From positions 32,001 through 96,000 of the forward strand of contig PRDH01000026.1 of NCBI GenBank assembly GCA_003345545.1: 64,000 bases of DNA, read 5' to 3'. The notes under the pieces are model-generated. The model saw only the letters and a program-made list of their open reading frames with translations. It was not told where the DNA came from and did no database searches. How positions within the stretch are numbered: position 1 is the stretch's first letter; each line of letters starts with the position of its first letter. Positions 10,254 to 20,354 of this stretch are shown one piece after another. This DNA is from Candidatus Thorarchaeota archaeon. Lineage in GTDB: Archaea; Asgardarchaeota; Thorarchaeia; Thorarchaeales; Thorarchaeaceae. Position numbers and translations under genes: made by a program.

Positions 10254-10475
10254 CTACTTAATTGTAATGGCATCTAGAGGGCAGATGTCTACACATTGAT
10301 TGCACCTCGTGCAGAGGTCCGTGAATGCCACATCTACTCTCCAGTCAGTGGGGTCATTGTTGATGTAGTCTGGAGAGTACAGGATGAAGATGGCTGGAGG
10401 ACAGATTTGAAGGCACTTCTTGCATATTCGGGGGTCCTTGCATTTATCGTAGTCGACTACAATCTTGGTCTTCAT
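10254..10475 (-). CDS. Small 4Fe-4S ferredoxin
   Basis: CKDPRICKKCLQICP and CTRCNQCVDICP. Confidence 0.88.
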   Translation of the reverse strand: MKTKIVVDYDKCKDPRICKKCLQICPPAIFILYSPDYINNDPTDWRVDVAFTDLCTRCNQCVDICPLDAITIK

Positions 10476-11339
10476 CTACCACACATCCTTTAGGACAGGA
10501 TTCTCATTTCTGTCCACCATCTGAATGGCGTTCTCAGGACACGCAGTAGCGCAGAGACTGCATCCGAAGCATCGCTTGGCATCGATATATGGCGCATTCA
10601 TCAGACTGTCAAATGTTAGAGCACCAAACTGACATCGAGAATTGCAGACTGCGCATCCGTTGCATTTCTCAAAATAGACTTGGGCGACATATTCGCCCTT
10701 GTACAAAAACTTGAGGCCGTATTCCATTCTGATTCTAGCTGCAGCGCACTCCGGTCTTTCGCAGCTGCAGAGAGCCGCAATATAGGGAATAGGTCCAAAC
10801 CAGACTGTGTTTACACGACCAGATTCGTTCATGGTTTCAACGAAGTCTTGAGCCTCATCCACATGAAGCCACTCCGCACCCCGTTCTGGAATGAATCTTG
10901 GCAGCTTCGGAATCATCTCGGCAAGAGCTCCAAATGTGAGACAGCATGGATCTTGGATTCCACGGCTCATCTGTCGACATGCGCAATTGACCTTCAAGAC
11001 TGGACTGGCGATTTCAAGTATCTTCTTGGCATCTTCAAGAGTCACCACTTGACCGGGATGCCCTTCGCCACGACGAGGGTTGCGTTTTCCCTTCTCCTTG
11101 CGGAACCATGAATTCACGTAGCCTTTCAATGCTCTGCCAACAATGGGTGTGCTGAACTTGTAGCCCGGCCCTTTCATTGAGATCCCATAGATCTTCTGGA
11201 GATAGATCTTCTCGAATTGTTTCCAGAGCTCGAAAATGTATTCGTGAGCATTTGTTTCCAGTGCTGTCTGCTCCAGGTAATTCTTGGAGTTAAGATACCA
11301 TCTCTTTCCAGCCCCGTGTTTGAAACACCACTCGCACAT
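10476..11339 (-). CDS. 4Fe-4S binding protein
   Basis: N-terminal CEWCFKH, central CACR and CSCERPEC, C-terminal CNGCAVCNSRC and CFGCSLCATACP. Confidence 0.85.
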   Translation of the reverse strand: MCEWCFKHGAGKRWYLNSKNYLEQTALETNAHEYIFELWKQFEKIYLQKIYGISMKGPGYKFSTPIVGRALKGYVNSWFRKEKGKRNPRRGEGHPGQVVTLEDAKKILEIASPVLKVNCACRQMSRGIQDPCCLTFGALAEMIPKLPRFIPERGAEWLHVDEAQDFVETMNESGRVNTVWFGPIPYIAALCSCERPECAAARIRMEYGLKFLYKGEYVAQVYFEKCNGCAVCNSRCQFGALTFDSLMNAPYIDAKRCFGCSLCATACPENAIQMVDRNENPVLKDVW

Positions 11340-11509
11340 CTTCTAATGCCACCAGAGTAGATACTGTTTTGTTCTTGCTAAGCAAACGGGCTATATTGTC
11401 TTTCGACTTTGAACTAGAGCGCGAATAATGCGGGGTATGCTTCAGGAGTTTGAGTCTCTTCAGAGGTTGACCTTAGCCTATGATAGAAGAACCCGCCATA
11501 GCAATGAAA

Positions 11510-12931
11510 CTAGTGATGATGATGTTCATGTACATGGTCCAGCGGTGCCAATCTTCCGAAGGTTCTCTGAACGACCTCACTGAGTGATGGGTGTATATGC
11601 ATTGCCTGAAGCATTGGATAGAAGCTGCCATCTTGAGTGTACATAAGGTTCGCAATCTCTTGGATCAGGACTGGCGCGTCAGGCCCGACGATGCTTGCTC
11701 CAAGGATTTTCTTATTCTCAGCATCCACAATGACCCTGACGAGACTTGGCGGATTTCCCATGGCGAATCCCTTTGCTGCTGTAGAGTAGTCCCCCTGTCC
11801 AACTAATAATTGATGTCCCGACTCCTTGGCCTCTTTTAGTGTCATGCCCACGGTCGCAATTGGAGGATATGAGAACACAGCTCTCGGGACGGCATGATAG
11901 TCCATTGTAAGAAGTTCTGCGTCTTTGCTGTTGCTCATGACTTCTGACAGATTGGACCATACAATGTCTGACTCAGTGTTCGCAACATGCCGGAACTGAT
12001 AGCGTCCTATGGCATCCCCAAATGCCCAGATACCCTTCTTACTTGTTCTGAAGTAGTCATCAACAATGACCCACCCCTGCTCGTCTACCTTCACTCCTGT
12101 CTTCTCAGGCTTGAAAAGGTCTGCATTGGAGTGTCTGCCTGTGGCAATTAGGAGCGCTTCTCCTCTAGACTCCTTGACCTCGCCGGTATCACGATCGCGT
12201 GCCCAGACTATCTTTTGTTGTCCATCTTGCTTGACTTCTATGACCTCGTGATTCACAAGGATGTTCATCCTCTTTGAGAGCTCTTCCCGTAAGACCTCAG
12301 AAACATCACTGTCTTCATTCTTGACCAAGTAGGGATTTCTGCCTATGATGGTGACAGCTACTCCAACGGCTGAAAAGAAGTGCCCGAATTCAGTGGCTAT
12401 GTACCCTCCACCGACGATAATCATGGACTCTGGCTTTTCCATGAGATGAAGTGCATCATCTTCCACGAGGTACTGCAGCTCATTAAGACCTTTGATTCTG
12501 GGAATGTTCGGTCTCGCGCCAGCAGCAATCACAATTGTGGGGGACCTTATTTTTCGACCATTGATTTCCATGGTGTAGTCACCTACGAATTGTCCTGTGC
12601 CTTTGTACCAATCGATTCCCTCAGCTTCATCAACAGACTGTCCCTGTTGACGGCTTGAATTGTCGACCTCTTCTCTCATTCGCTTCATGATCCAAGGATA
12701 GTCGATGCTCTCAACCTGAAGCTTGACGCCAAGTGACTCAAGATGTTTCGCCTCCGTAATGACGTCAGCAACATACGTGAGGATCTTCGTAGGTATGCAC
12801 CCTCGATTAAGACAGGTTCCGCCCATCGGCCCATTCTCAACGACTGCAACTCGCATGCCTTTTTCATAGGCTGCAGAGGCGACGTTCATTCCAGCTCCTG
12901 AGCCAATGACAATCAGGTCATATTTCTCCAT
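11510..12931 (-). CDS. Dihydrolipoamide dehydrogenase / mycothione-reductase-like pyridine nucleotide-disulfide reductase
   Basis: GSGAG FAD motif, GGTCLNRGCIPTK redox disulfide, GGGYIATE, HIHPSLSE. Confidence 0.88.
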   Translation of the reverse strand: MEKYDLIVIGSGAGMNVASAAYEKGMRVAVVENGPMGGTCLNRGCIPTKILTYVADVITEAKHLESLGVKLQVESIDYPWIMKRMREEVDNSSRQQGQSVDEAEGIDWYKGTGQFVGDYTMEINGRKIRSPTIVIAAGARPNIPRIKGLNELQYLVEDDALHLMEKPESMIIVGGGYIATEFGHFFSAVGVAVTIIGRNPYLVKNEDSDVSEVLREELSKRMNILVNHEVIEVKQDGQQKIVWARDRDTGEVKESRGEALLIATGRHSNADLFKPEKTGVKVDEQGWVIVDDYFRTSKKGIWAFGDAIGRYQFRHVANTESDIVWSNLSEVMSNSKDAELLTMDYHAVPRAVFSYPPIATVGMTLKEAKESGHQLLVGQGDYSTAAKGFAMGNPPSLVRVIVDAENKKILGASIVGPDAPVLIQEIANLMYTQDGSFYPMLQAMHIHPSLSEVVQRTFGRLAPLDHVHEHHHH

Positions 12932-13018
12932 GTTATTAACAATAGTGAATTACTTAATAAAGATAGTGTTGGAGTTTAACGTGCTGCGTATCCTGGATAG
13001 CTTTTCAGAAGCCATTGG

Positions 13019-14230
13019 CTAAACGATTTCCCAAGAAGTTGCCATACTGACACCTCCGCCGCCGCAGAGAGTAGCCATGCCCTTAGTGAGCCCTCTTCTT
13101 CTCAGGGCATGTATGAGCGTAATGACAATCCGTGCTCCCGCGCATCCGACTGGGTGACCCAACCCAATTCCAGATCCATTCACATTGACCCTATCCCTGT
13201 CAAAGCCCAGAGGTTTGAGACCCTTCTCGACAGCAAGAAACTGACTTGCAAAAGCTTCGTTCAGTTCCACGAGGTCCCAATCAGAGAATCCCTGTCCTGT
13301 TCTCCTGATGAGATCCTGGACGGCTGCAATTGGTGACTCTCCCATGAGATGTGGTTCACTGCAACCCATCCCGTATCCCGTCAACTTCGCCAATGGCTTG
13401 AGTCCTAGTTCACCTGCTTTTTTCTTTGACATGATGACCATTGCAGCTGCTCCATCATTGATTCCACTGGAGTTGCCTGCAGTGACCGTGCCGTCGCTTT
13501 TGAAGGCGGGTCGTAGTTGTGCCAGACCTTCCATAGTCAGATTCGGCCTGAAGTGCTCATCTTTCTCGACAAGTGTCGTACCTTTCTTTCCCTTGATCTC
13601 AATGGGGACTGTTTCTTCTTTGAAATCGCCCTCCCTTGTTGCACGTTCCGCGTTGTTATGTGACTTTAGTGCAACAACGTCTTGCTCCTCCCGTGTAAAT
13701 CCATACTTTGCATTCAGAAACTCAGCCGTTTCACCCATGATGTACTGCTTGCCTGTTTCGGGGTGAGGATAGAAATGACTCCCGGCGTGAAGCCCTGTTG
13801 TAAGTGCATCCATGAAGACGCCGTCGAAAAGTCGCACTCCCCATCTTGCATTCTCAACACAATATGGAACATTAGACATTGATTCGACACCACCAGCAAG
13901 AACAATGTCAGTAAATCCTGTCTGAATTTGCATCGCTCCACTGACAATGGCTTCCATTGCAGATGTGCACACTCTATTGATTGTGACTGCCGGGACTGTA
14001 TAGGGGACTCCAGCCAAGAGCGCTGAGATTCTTGCAATATTGAGTGCTTTCGGCGGCTCAAAGCAGTTGCCAAGCCTTACATCGCCAATGCGTGATGGGT
14101 CTATGCCAGCACGTTTCACAGCCGCCTTGATAACCTGCGCGGCCAGTTCTGGCGCTTGAAGCTCTTTCAGTGAACCTCCAAAGGTGCCAATAGGACTCCG
14201 GCATGCTGATATGACAACTATCTCTTTCAT
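13019..14230 (-). CDS. Acetyl-CoA C-acetyltransferase (thiolase)
   Basis: INRVCTSA, TAGNSSGINDGAA, NEAF, GHPVG, LCGGGG. Confidence 0.95.
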   Translation of the reverse strand: MKEIVVISACRSPIGTFGGSLKELQAPELAAQVIKAAVKRAGIDPSRIGDVRLGNCFEPPKALNIARISALLAGVPYTVPAVTINRVCTSAMEAIVSGAMQIQTGFTDIVLAGGVESMSNVPYCVENARWGVRLFDGVFMDALTTGLHAGSHFYPHPETGKQYIMGETAEFLNAKYGFTREEQDVVALKSHNNAERATREGDFKEETVPIEIKGKKGTTLVEKDEHFRPNLTMEGLAQLRPAFKSDGTVTAGNSSGINDGAAAMVIMSKKKAGELGLKPLAKLTGYGMGCSEPHLMGESPIAAVQDLIRRTGQGFSDWDLVELNEAFASQFLAVEKGLKPLGFDRDRVNVNGSGIGLGHPVGCAGARIVITLIHALRRRGLTKGMATLCGGGGVSMATSWEIV

Positions 14231-14603
14231 AGCATCGGCATCGACATCTGCTCCTTATATTGAGCTTGGTTTTAGAATCTCAGTGCGATCTCAGAACTCA
14301 ATGTGTATCAAGAACTACAAGTCAGTTTAATATGAGATCTAGGGCCATGTATGATGTCAGGTCAGGTATTGGTTCTGAACTACACCAGGAGATAAGAACT
14401 ACAGTTCATCTATATCGTTTCAGGACTTCCTCGTGATTCAAATCACGCTGATAGGACCCACAAAACGCGATTAGAAACCTGACTAGGGGCAGGCAATTAG
14501 AGGCTTTTCTTTGGCCTGCCCTGACACCTGATTTGAAAGTGACCCATGTCATCAAGCTTAAGTGGCAAATGGGTCCCTCTAAACCAATACTGAGGTCTTT
14601 AGA

Positions 14604-16496
14604 ATGAGAATGCTTCAGATACATACCGACGGATTCAGCTACGAGGTTAAGAGGAAGGCTCTCAAGACAGCTGAAGATGTCAAAGAGAAAGTATATGCAA
14701 CCGAAGACTCTTGCTTGGTGAATTTCATTGCCGTCGAGAAGAGTGACGAGAGTAATGTAGCAGCATCTGCCAAGCAAACCGCAGATATGATTGCATCTGC
14801 TGCTGATGAAGTCAAAGAAACGAACGTTGTTGTCTATCCTTGGGTCCATCTCTCAGAGAACCCTTCAAAACCTAGTACTGGAATGCAGTTCCTGAAGGCA
14901 GTGGCATCTAATCTTGAGAAACGCAGCTATCATGTTGTGCGTGCCCCATTTGGATGGTACAAGGCATTCTCGATTCACTGTAAAGGCCATCCACTTGCTG
15001 AGCGATCGAAGGTCCTTGACATTTCCAAGGAACTGGCAAAGACAGCTGAGGTTGAGGTAGCTGAGGGAGAGGACCTCACTGCACTTCACGCTGAGGAAAA
15101 GGCCAGTTCGCAATTCTTTGTCGTCGAACCAAATGGCAGGATGACGGATGTCAAGAAGTTCAACTACGCCAAGTACAATGAACTAGAGATTTACATCAAC
15201 TACGAAACTGCTAAGGACCGTACTGTAATGGAACCGCCTCCGCATATCGAGATAATGAAGAACCTTGAACTTGTTGACTACGAGCCCGGTTCAGATGCTG
15301 GGAACTTCAGATGGCCACCAAGAGGGCTCACCCTGAAGAGGACTGTTGAAGAAAGGGTTACTGCCGAAATGATTGAGTATGGAGCTAATGTGGTGCAGAC
15401 TCCTTTGATCTATGACTATGCCCATCCTTCATTGAAGTCGTATCTGCAGAGATTTCCATCCAGACAGTATGTGGTGCGCTCCGGAGACCGCGATTACTTT
15501 GCACGCTTCTCAGCGTGCTTTGGACAATTCCTACTGATCTCTCAGGCACAAGTGTCATACAAGCAGCTGCCTCTGAAGCTCTTCGAGATTGCCCCTTCCT
15601 ATAGACGAGAACAGAGTGGAGAGCTGGCTGGAATGCGGCGGCCACGGGCATTCACCATGCCGGACATACACGAGATAGTTGCTGATACTGAAATGGCAAA
15701 AGCTTCTGTCAAGAATCAACTAGTGTTTGTTGAGAAACTGATGAATGAGCTAGAGGTTTCCTATGAGGTTTCATTCCGGATTCTCCGTTCATTCTTTGAA
15801 GAGAACAAGGACTTTGTCTTCGGCGTTATAGCCAGGGTAGGCAAACCTGTCATGGTCGAGCTATTCGAAGAGCGTTATGCGTACTTCATCTTTAAGGGTG
15901 AATGGAATGTCGTCGATCAACAGCTGAAAGCTGCGTGCCTTGCGACTATTCAGATAGATGTGGAAAACGGTGAGCGCTTCAACATCAAATACGTGGATGA
16001 GGAAGGCAAGGAACATTATCCTCTGATTCTTCATACTTCTCCCTCAGGATCAATTGAGAGAATTGTCTATGGTGTCCTAGAGCAGGCGAGCAAGGACATG
16101 AGAGATGGTAAGGTGCCTCATTTGCCTCTCTGGATGACGCCGGTTCAGGTAAGATTGGTCCCCCTGAATGAGAATATGCTGGACTATTGTCTGGATATCG
16201 GCAGAGTCCTAGGAAAACACGGTATTCGTTATGAAGTCGATGATCGTCAGCAGACTCTGAACAAGAAGATTCGGTCTGCTGAAAAGCTCTGGATACCCTA
16301 CATCTGCGTAGTGGGCGACAAGGAGAGAGAAAGCCACCAATTATCTGTAAGACGACGAGAACTCAAAGATCAGACCACAATGACAACTGAGGAGCTGGCT
16401 GAGCAAATATTAGAGAAGACTAAGTTCGCTCCCAAGCAGAAACTCATGATGCCATTTCTCGTGTCCAAGCAACCTATCTTCTCACGAGAAGTGTAA
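14604..16496 (+). CDS. thrS: Threonine--tRNA ligase, archaeal type with N-terminal editing domain
   Basis: YPWVHLS, APFGWYKAF, CKGHPLAE, RFSACFG, YRREQSGE, FTMPDIH, LHTSPSGSIER; C-terminal anticodon-binding domain. Confidence 0.96.
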   Translation: MRMLQIHTDGFSYEVKRKALKTAEDVKEKVYATEDSCLVNFIAVEKSDESNVAASAKQTADMIASAADEVKETNVVVYPWVHLSENPSKPSTGMQFLKAVASNLEKRSYHVVRAPFGWYKAFSIHCKGHPLAERSKVLDISKELAKTAEVEVAEGEDLTALHAEEKASSQFFVVEPNGRMTDVKKFNYAKYNELEIYINYETAKDRTVMEPPPHIEIMKNLELVDYEPGSDAGNFRWPPRGLTLKRTVEERVTAEMIEYGANVVQTPLIYDYAHPSLKSYLQRFPSRQYVVRSGDRDYFARFSACFGQFLLISQAQVSYKQLPLKLFEIAPSYRREQSGELAGMRRPRAFTMPDIHEIVADTEMAKASVKNQLVFVEKLMNELEVSYEVSFRILRSFFEENKDFVFGVIARVGKPVMVELFEERYAYFIFKGEWNVVDQQLKAACLATIQIDVENGERFNIKYVDEEGKEHYPLILHTSPSGSIERIVYGVLEQASKDMRDGKVPHLPLWMTPVQVRLVPLNENMLDYCLDIGRVLGKHGIRYEVDDRQQTLNKKIRSAEKLWIPYICVVGDKERESHQLSVRRRELKDQTTMTTEELAEQILEKTKFAPKQKLMMPFLVSKQPIFSREV

Positions 16497-16767
16497 GAAG
16501 AGACTGAGATTGTCTAGTATAGATACATCTCGTCTGGATGCCCAGGACTAGCTGGCAATGTGAGGATTCGGTCCACATCTTAGGATATTATCATGACTAG
16601 TCTGCTTGACACCAGTTATGAGTGATTCCTCATACTTCCCTTGAACCCATGGATTTCCGGCAATCAGAGGATGCTATCGCATCTTAACTCAATATGTCGT
16701 GAGTCGATACTGTTTTTACCTACCCTGCCTCTATTCTACGTTGTCACCTATTTGAGGAACGCGTGAG

Positions 16768-17910
16768 ATGAAGATAGGTATTCTCGGAAGCGGTCAAATG
16801 GGCAGAGGTGCAGCGTTTGACCTAGCTCGACAAGACGCAGTGGAACAACTTCTGCTAGCGGATATCAATCTGAAATGTGCAGAGTCACTTGCCAAGGAAA
16901 CTGGCTCAAAGGCAAAAGCCGTGAAGGTCGATGCTAGGAATCGAGAGCAGCTTGAGGGTTTCTTTGGAGGTGTAGACGCAGTCATCAGTGCGGTGAGTTA
17001 CACAGTCAATGTGCTTCATACTGAGGTCGCGATAGAAACTGGCACCCATATGTGCGACTTGGGAGGCGGCTGGACGATTGTGCAGAAGCAGATTGAGATG
17101 AATAATCAGGCGAGAGATGCCGGCATCACCGTCGTGCCAGATTGCGGGCTTGCGCCCGGAATGGTCAGTGTTCTTGCAAGGCATGGAATCGAGTATCTAG
17201 ACCGTGTTGAGAGCGTGAAGATTCGAGTGGGAGGTCTCCAACAAGAACCTCGTCCCCCGCTGAACTACTCCCTAATCTTTTCCGTTGAAGGACTGATCAA
17301 TGAGTATGTGGAACCATGTGTTGCTCTGAGAGATGGCAAAGTAGTTCTCGAGGACCCATTGGTCGGATTTGAAGAGATATATTTCCCCGAGCCTTTTGGA
17401 AAATTAGAGGCGTTCAACACGAGCGGAGGTACCTCAACACTTCCATATACCTATCAAGGAAAAGTAGGCAACATGGACTACAAGACGATACGCTATCCCG
17501 GACATGGCCATAAGGTCTGGTGCTTGATGAAACTTGGACTCATGAGTAGCAATCCAATAGACGTTGAAGGAAAGAAAGTACGTCCACGGAAAATGCTTGA
17601 AACCCTACTGGAAAAGAATCTGCCGCCTGCTGGCAAGGATGTCACACTCATCCGAATAATGGTTGAAGGTTGGAAGGGTACAGAATCACGAAATATCGAA
17701 TACGAGATCATAGACTACTTCGATGAAACTACTGGTCTCACTTCCATGATGCGGACGACCTCTTTCCCTGCTGCAGTGACTGCAATGATGATGGCTGATG
17801 GCCGCATAAGTGAGCGGGGAGTATTGACACCTGAAAGATGCATTCCCCCTGAGCTCTTCATGAAGGAGCTACGGTCCCGTGGCATTGATATCAAACACAG
17901 GATTTTCTAA
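16768..17910 (+). CDS. Saccharopine dehydrogenase family / lysine 6-dehydrogenase
   Basis: GSGQMG Rossmann motif, DCGLAPG, VGGL, FSVEGLINEY, EAFNTSGG, YKTIRYPGH, SMMRTT. Confidence 0.88.
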   Translation: MKIGILGSGQMGRGAAFDLARQDAVEQLLLADINLKCAESLAKETGSKAKAVKVDARNREQLEGFFGGVDAVISAVSYTVNVLHTEVAIETGTHMCDLGGGWTIVQKQIEMNNQARDAGITVVPDCGLAPGMVSVLARHGIEYLDRVESVKIRVGGLQQEPRPPLNYSLIFSVEGLINEYVEPCVALRDGKVVLEDPLVGFEEIYFPEPFGKLEAFNTSGGTSTLPYTYQGKVGNMDYKTIRYPGHGHKVWCLMKLGLMSSNPIDVEGKKVRPRKMLETLLEKNLPPAGKDVTLIRIMVEGWKGTESRNIEYEIIDYFDETTGLTSMMRTTSFPAAVTAMMMADGRISERGVLTPERCIPPELFMKELRSRGIDIKHRIF

Positions 17911-18019
17911 ATGCTGATTAGGTCGGCCGAAGTCGATAAGTGCTCAATCCCTGCAATTCGCGCTGACTGATTGACTCTTGCATGGATATTAGGCTCATAG
18001 TAACTGATGATTACCAAAT

Positions 18020-18070
18020 GTGTACATTATTAAGTGAACATAATAACGTGTACATAATAATGTATATAAG
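18020..18070 (+). promoter_or_regulatory. Three tandem 14-bp repeats (putative operator) abutting a TATA box
   Basis: GTGTACATTATTAA (18020), GTGAACATAATAAC (18034), GTGTACATAATAAT (18048), then TATATAAG at 18063-18070, about 30 nt before the HTH gene. Confidence 0.7.
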
Positions 18071-18100
18071 TGGACGTGCCCAAATGAAGAACGATTCAAT

Positions 18101-18385
18101 ATGATGCTCCCTCTATCCACTCCACGTGTCGACCTTGGACGGGCAATGGCTGCAGTACTGCAGGCGCTAAAGGAATCTCCATCGATGTCGATTGCTGGCC
18201 TGTCAAAGGCGACAGGTATTGATCGTCGTACTGTCAAGAAGGCTGTTGACCTTATTCTGAAGGTGCAAGATAGTCTGACTGCTCAGAAGTTGCGAAGGGA
18301 GAAAGTGGGGAAGACTTGGATTATCTCCATCGCTAGGAAAACCTCTGACCTGATTGAAAGTGCGAAGACGAGAATGCATCGGTGA
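18101..18385 (+). CDS. Small winged-HTH DNA-binding protein
   Basis: VLQALKESPSMSIAGLSKATGIDRRTVKKAV helix-turn-helix followed by a basic beta-wing. Confidence 0.75.
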   Translation: MMLPLSTPRVDLGRAMAAVLQALKESPSMSIAGLSKATGIDRRTVKKAVDLILKVQDSLTAQKLRREKVGKTWIISIARKTSDLIESAKTRMHR

Positions 18386-18391
18386 GGTGTT

Positions 18392-18925
18392 TTGATGATT
18401 TCGAGGCTAGAGAGTTTCGTACTTCTAGTACTATTCGGAGGGCTTGCAAGTATCACGTCTCAACTAATGTGGAGCATTTTTGAATGGCTAGTGCTTCTCC
18501 AGCTGCTACTGATATTCACAATCGCTTCAGCTGGTGAGAGTTTCGTTTCCTCCCAAGGCTACTATCACTACACAAAACAGGAGAGGAATGGTCCATTTGT
18601 GAAGAATGTCCCCATTTGGATTGTCTTCCTTTGGGTCTTCTTCATACAAAGCAGTTTCCTCTTCTCACTGTCACTTGGTTTCACTGGGATTCAGGCTGCC
18701 ACAATGTCTGGTATGATTGCCTGTTTGATAGACTTCCTGCTGCTTGAACCTCTCTTGAGCCGAAACATGGAGTTGTGGAGATGGACATGCGTGAAGAAAG
18801 GATACTTCGCCTTCATACCAGCCAGATTCAACAGATTCACCGCGCCGCCTGGCAATTATATTGCATGGATGCTATTTCCGCTGATTGCGAATAGTATCCT
18901 TGTTTCTCTGATTGTTGCAGTCTAA
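18392..18925 (+). CDS. CruF/DUF422-like (carotenoid hydratase family) membrane protein
   Basis: GYYHY, GPFVKNVPIWIVFLW, IDFLLLEP, LWRW, PPGNYIAW match the family pattern. Confidence 0.6.
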   Translation: MMISRLESFVLLVLFGGLASITSQLMWSIFEWLVLLQLLLIFTIASAGESFVSSQGYYHYTKQERNGPFVKNVPIWIVFLWVFFIQSSFLFSLSLGFTGIQAATMSGMIACLIDFLLLEPLLSRNMELWRWTCVKKGYFAFIPARFNRFTAPPGNYIAWMLFPLIANSILVSLIVAV

Positions 18926-18941
18926 ACCGTTTCGCATTGCA

Positions 18942-18982
18942 AGGGAGGAGTCATCATTCCTTTCTTCGAGTGACTCCTCCCT
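18942..18982. repeat. Perfect 12-bp inverted repeat (hairpin) after the HTH-CruF operon
   Basis: AGGGAGGAGTCA (18942-18953) and TGACTCCTCCCT (18971-18982), 17-nt loop, followed by a pyrimidine-rich tract. Confidence 0.75.
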
Positions 18983-19049
18983 GCTCTCTTCTTGATTGCC
19001 TAGGAATCCTTAATCTAGTTGTAAGCTCTATGAAGAGCCGTGGTCTATC

Positions 19050-20273
19050 ATGAGCAAGTATAGTTCGATCTACTCGAAGATGCTGGATGCTCGCGAGATA
19101 ATCAAGGGCATTGCACATAGAACCCGCATGGAATACTCAACAACTTTCAGCAATGCAACGCAGGGAGAGGTATACCTCAAGCTCGAGAATCTGCAGAAGA
19201 CTGGTTCATTCAAGGTCCGTGGTGCAACCTACGCAATGTCACAATTCTCGGATTCAGAAAAGAGAGCTGGAGTCATTGCAGCATCAGCAGGTAACCATGC
19301 ACAAGGAGTCGCCTATGCAGCCGCTAGATTGGGTATCAAGTCCACCATAGTTATGCCCACATACTCCTCTGTTGCGAAGATTCAAGCGACTGAGGGATAT
19401 GGAGCTACTGTCATCCCGCACGGGGACACCTTCGACGATGCACTTACTTTTGCAGAAGAAACCTCAGAAAAAACAGGTGCGACATTCCTGCACCCATTCA
19501 ATGATGAGAATGTAGTTGCCGGACAAGGTACCATTGGACTTGAGATACTTGAAGAATGTCCAGATGTTGATGTGATTTCCGTTCCGATAGGCGGCGGAGG
19601 TCTGATCTCAGGCATCTCTATTGCAGTCAAAGAGCAGCGTCCTGAGGTGGATGTATACGGAGTGGAAGCTGCGGGTGCTCCATCGATGCAGGCGTCTCTA
19701 AAGGCAGGAAAAATCATCCGTGTTGAGAATCTGGACACAATCTGCGACGGAATCGCTGTCAAAACGCCCGGCAATCTAACATTCAGAATCTCTCGAGACC
19801 TGGTTTCAGGAGTAGCAACCGTAGATGAGCTAGAGGTAACCCGAACGATTTTCATGCTCCTTGAGAGAGCTAAGCTTGTTGTTGAGCCATCCGGCAGTGT
19901 TGGGCTTGCCGCGTACTACAATGGCAAAATCAACATAAAAGGAAAGACTGCTGTTGCAGTTATCTCTGGAGGCAATATAGACATGTCACTTCTCGCTAGG
20001 ATTGTCGAGAAAGAGCTATTCAGACTAGGTCGCTCAGTAAGAGTAAGGGGCTCGATACTGGACAAGGTTGGAAGCATGAACAGACTACTCAGCTTGGTCG
20101 CTGAATCCGGAGTGAGTGTGATTGAGATTAATCAGGATCGCTTTGACCCTGGGATACCACCCAACAGAGCCGAGGTCGAGCTGATTCTCGAAGTGCCTGA
20201 TGAGAGGGCACTAAAGAAGATGCTGAAGCTTATGGCCGAACAGGGGCTGGACTTTGAAGTTCGTGAGAATTAA
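19050..20273 (+). CDS. ilvA: Threonine ammonia-lyase (dehydratase) with C-terminal ACT domain
   Basis: LKLENLQKTGSFKVRGA, ASAGNHAQG, PIGGGGLISG, EPSG, ISGGNID. Confidence 0.93.
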   Translation: MSKYSSIYSKMLDAREIIKGIAHRTRMEYSTTFSNATQGEVYLKLENLQKTGSFKVRGATYAMSQFSDSEKRAGVIAASAGNHAQGVAYAAARLGIKSTIVMPTYSSVAKIQATEGYGATVIPHGDTFDDALTFAEETSEKTGATFLHPFNDENVVAGQGTIGLEILEECPDVDVISVPIGGGGLISGISIAVKEQRPEVDVYGVEAAGAPSMQASLKAGKIIRVENLDTICDGIAVKTPGNLTFRISRDLVSGVATVDELEVTRTIFMLLERAKLVVEPSGSVGLAAYYNGKINIKGKTAVAVISGGNIDMSLLARIVEKELFRLGRSVRVRGSILDKVGSMNRLLSLVAESGVSVIEINQDRFDPGIPPNRAEVELILEVPDERALKKMLKLMAEQGLDFEVREN

Positions 20274-20354
20274 TAAACTCCGCCTGTGCCATAATTCCCC
20301 CCTTAATGGCAGAAAGTGTACCACAGAGAGCATACATGCACACCTGCATTCGTT

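Noticed and set aside
10473-10478. In-frame TAG-ATG junction between the two Fe-S genes (similarly TAG-GTG at 55432-55437), suggesting amber/pyrrolysine read-through
   Set aside because: Each ORF looks complete with its own start, abutting genes are common here, and no pyl genes are in the window.
14406-14849. 147-aa minus-strand ORF (also 6742-6996 and 35798-36013)
   Set aside because: Overlaps thrS or lies in a regulatory gap, with no motifs or supporting signals.
18020-18061. Tandem repeats as a CRISPR array
   Set aside because: 14-bp units without spacers and no cas genes.
18942-18982. Hairpin as a possible SECIS element
   Set aside because: No in-frame TGA selenoprotein candidate nearby and no clear AUGA/GA core geometry.
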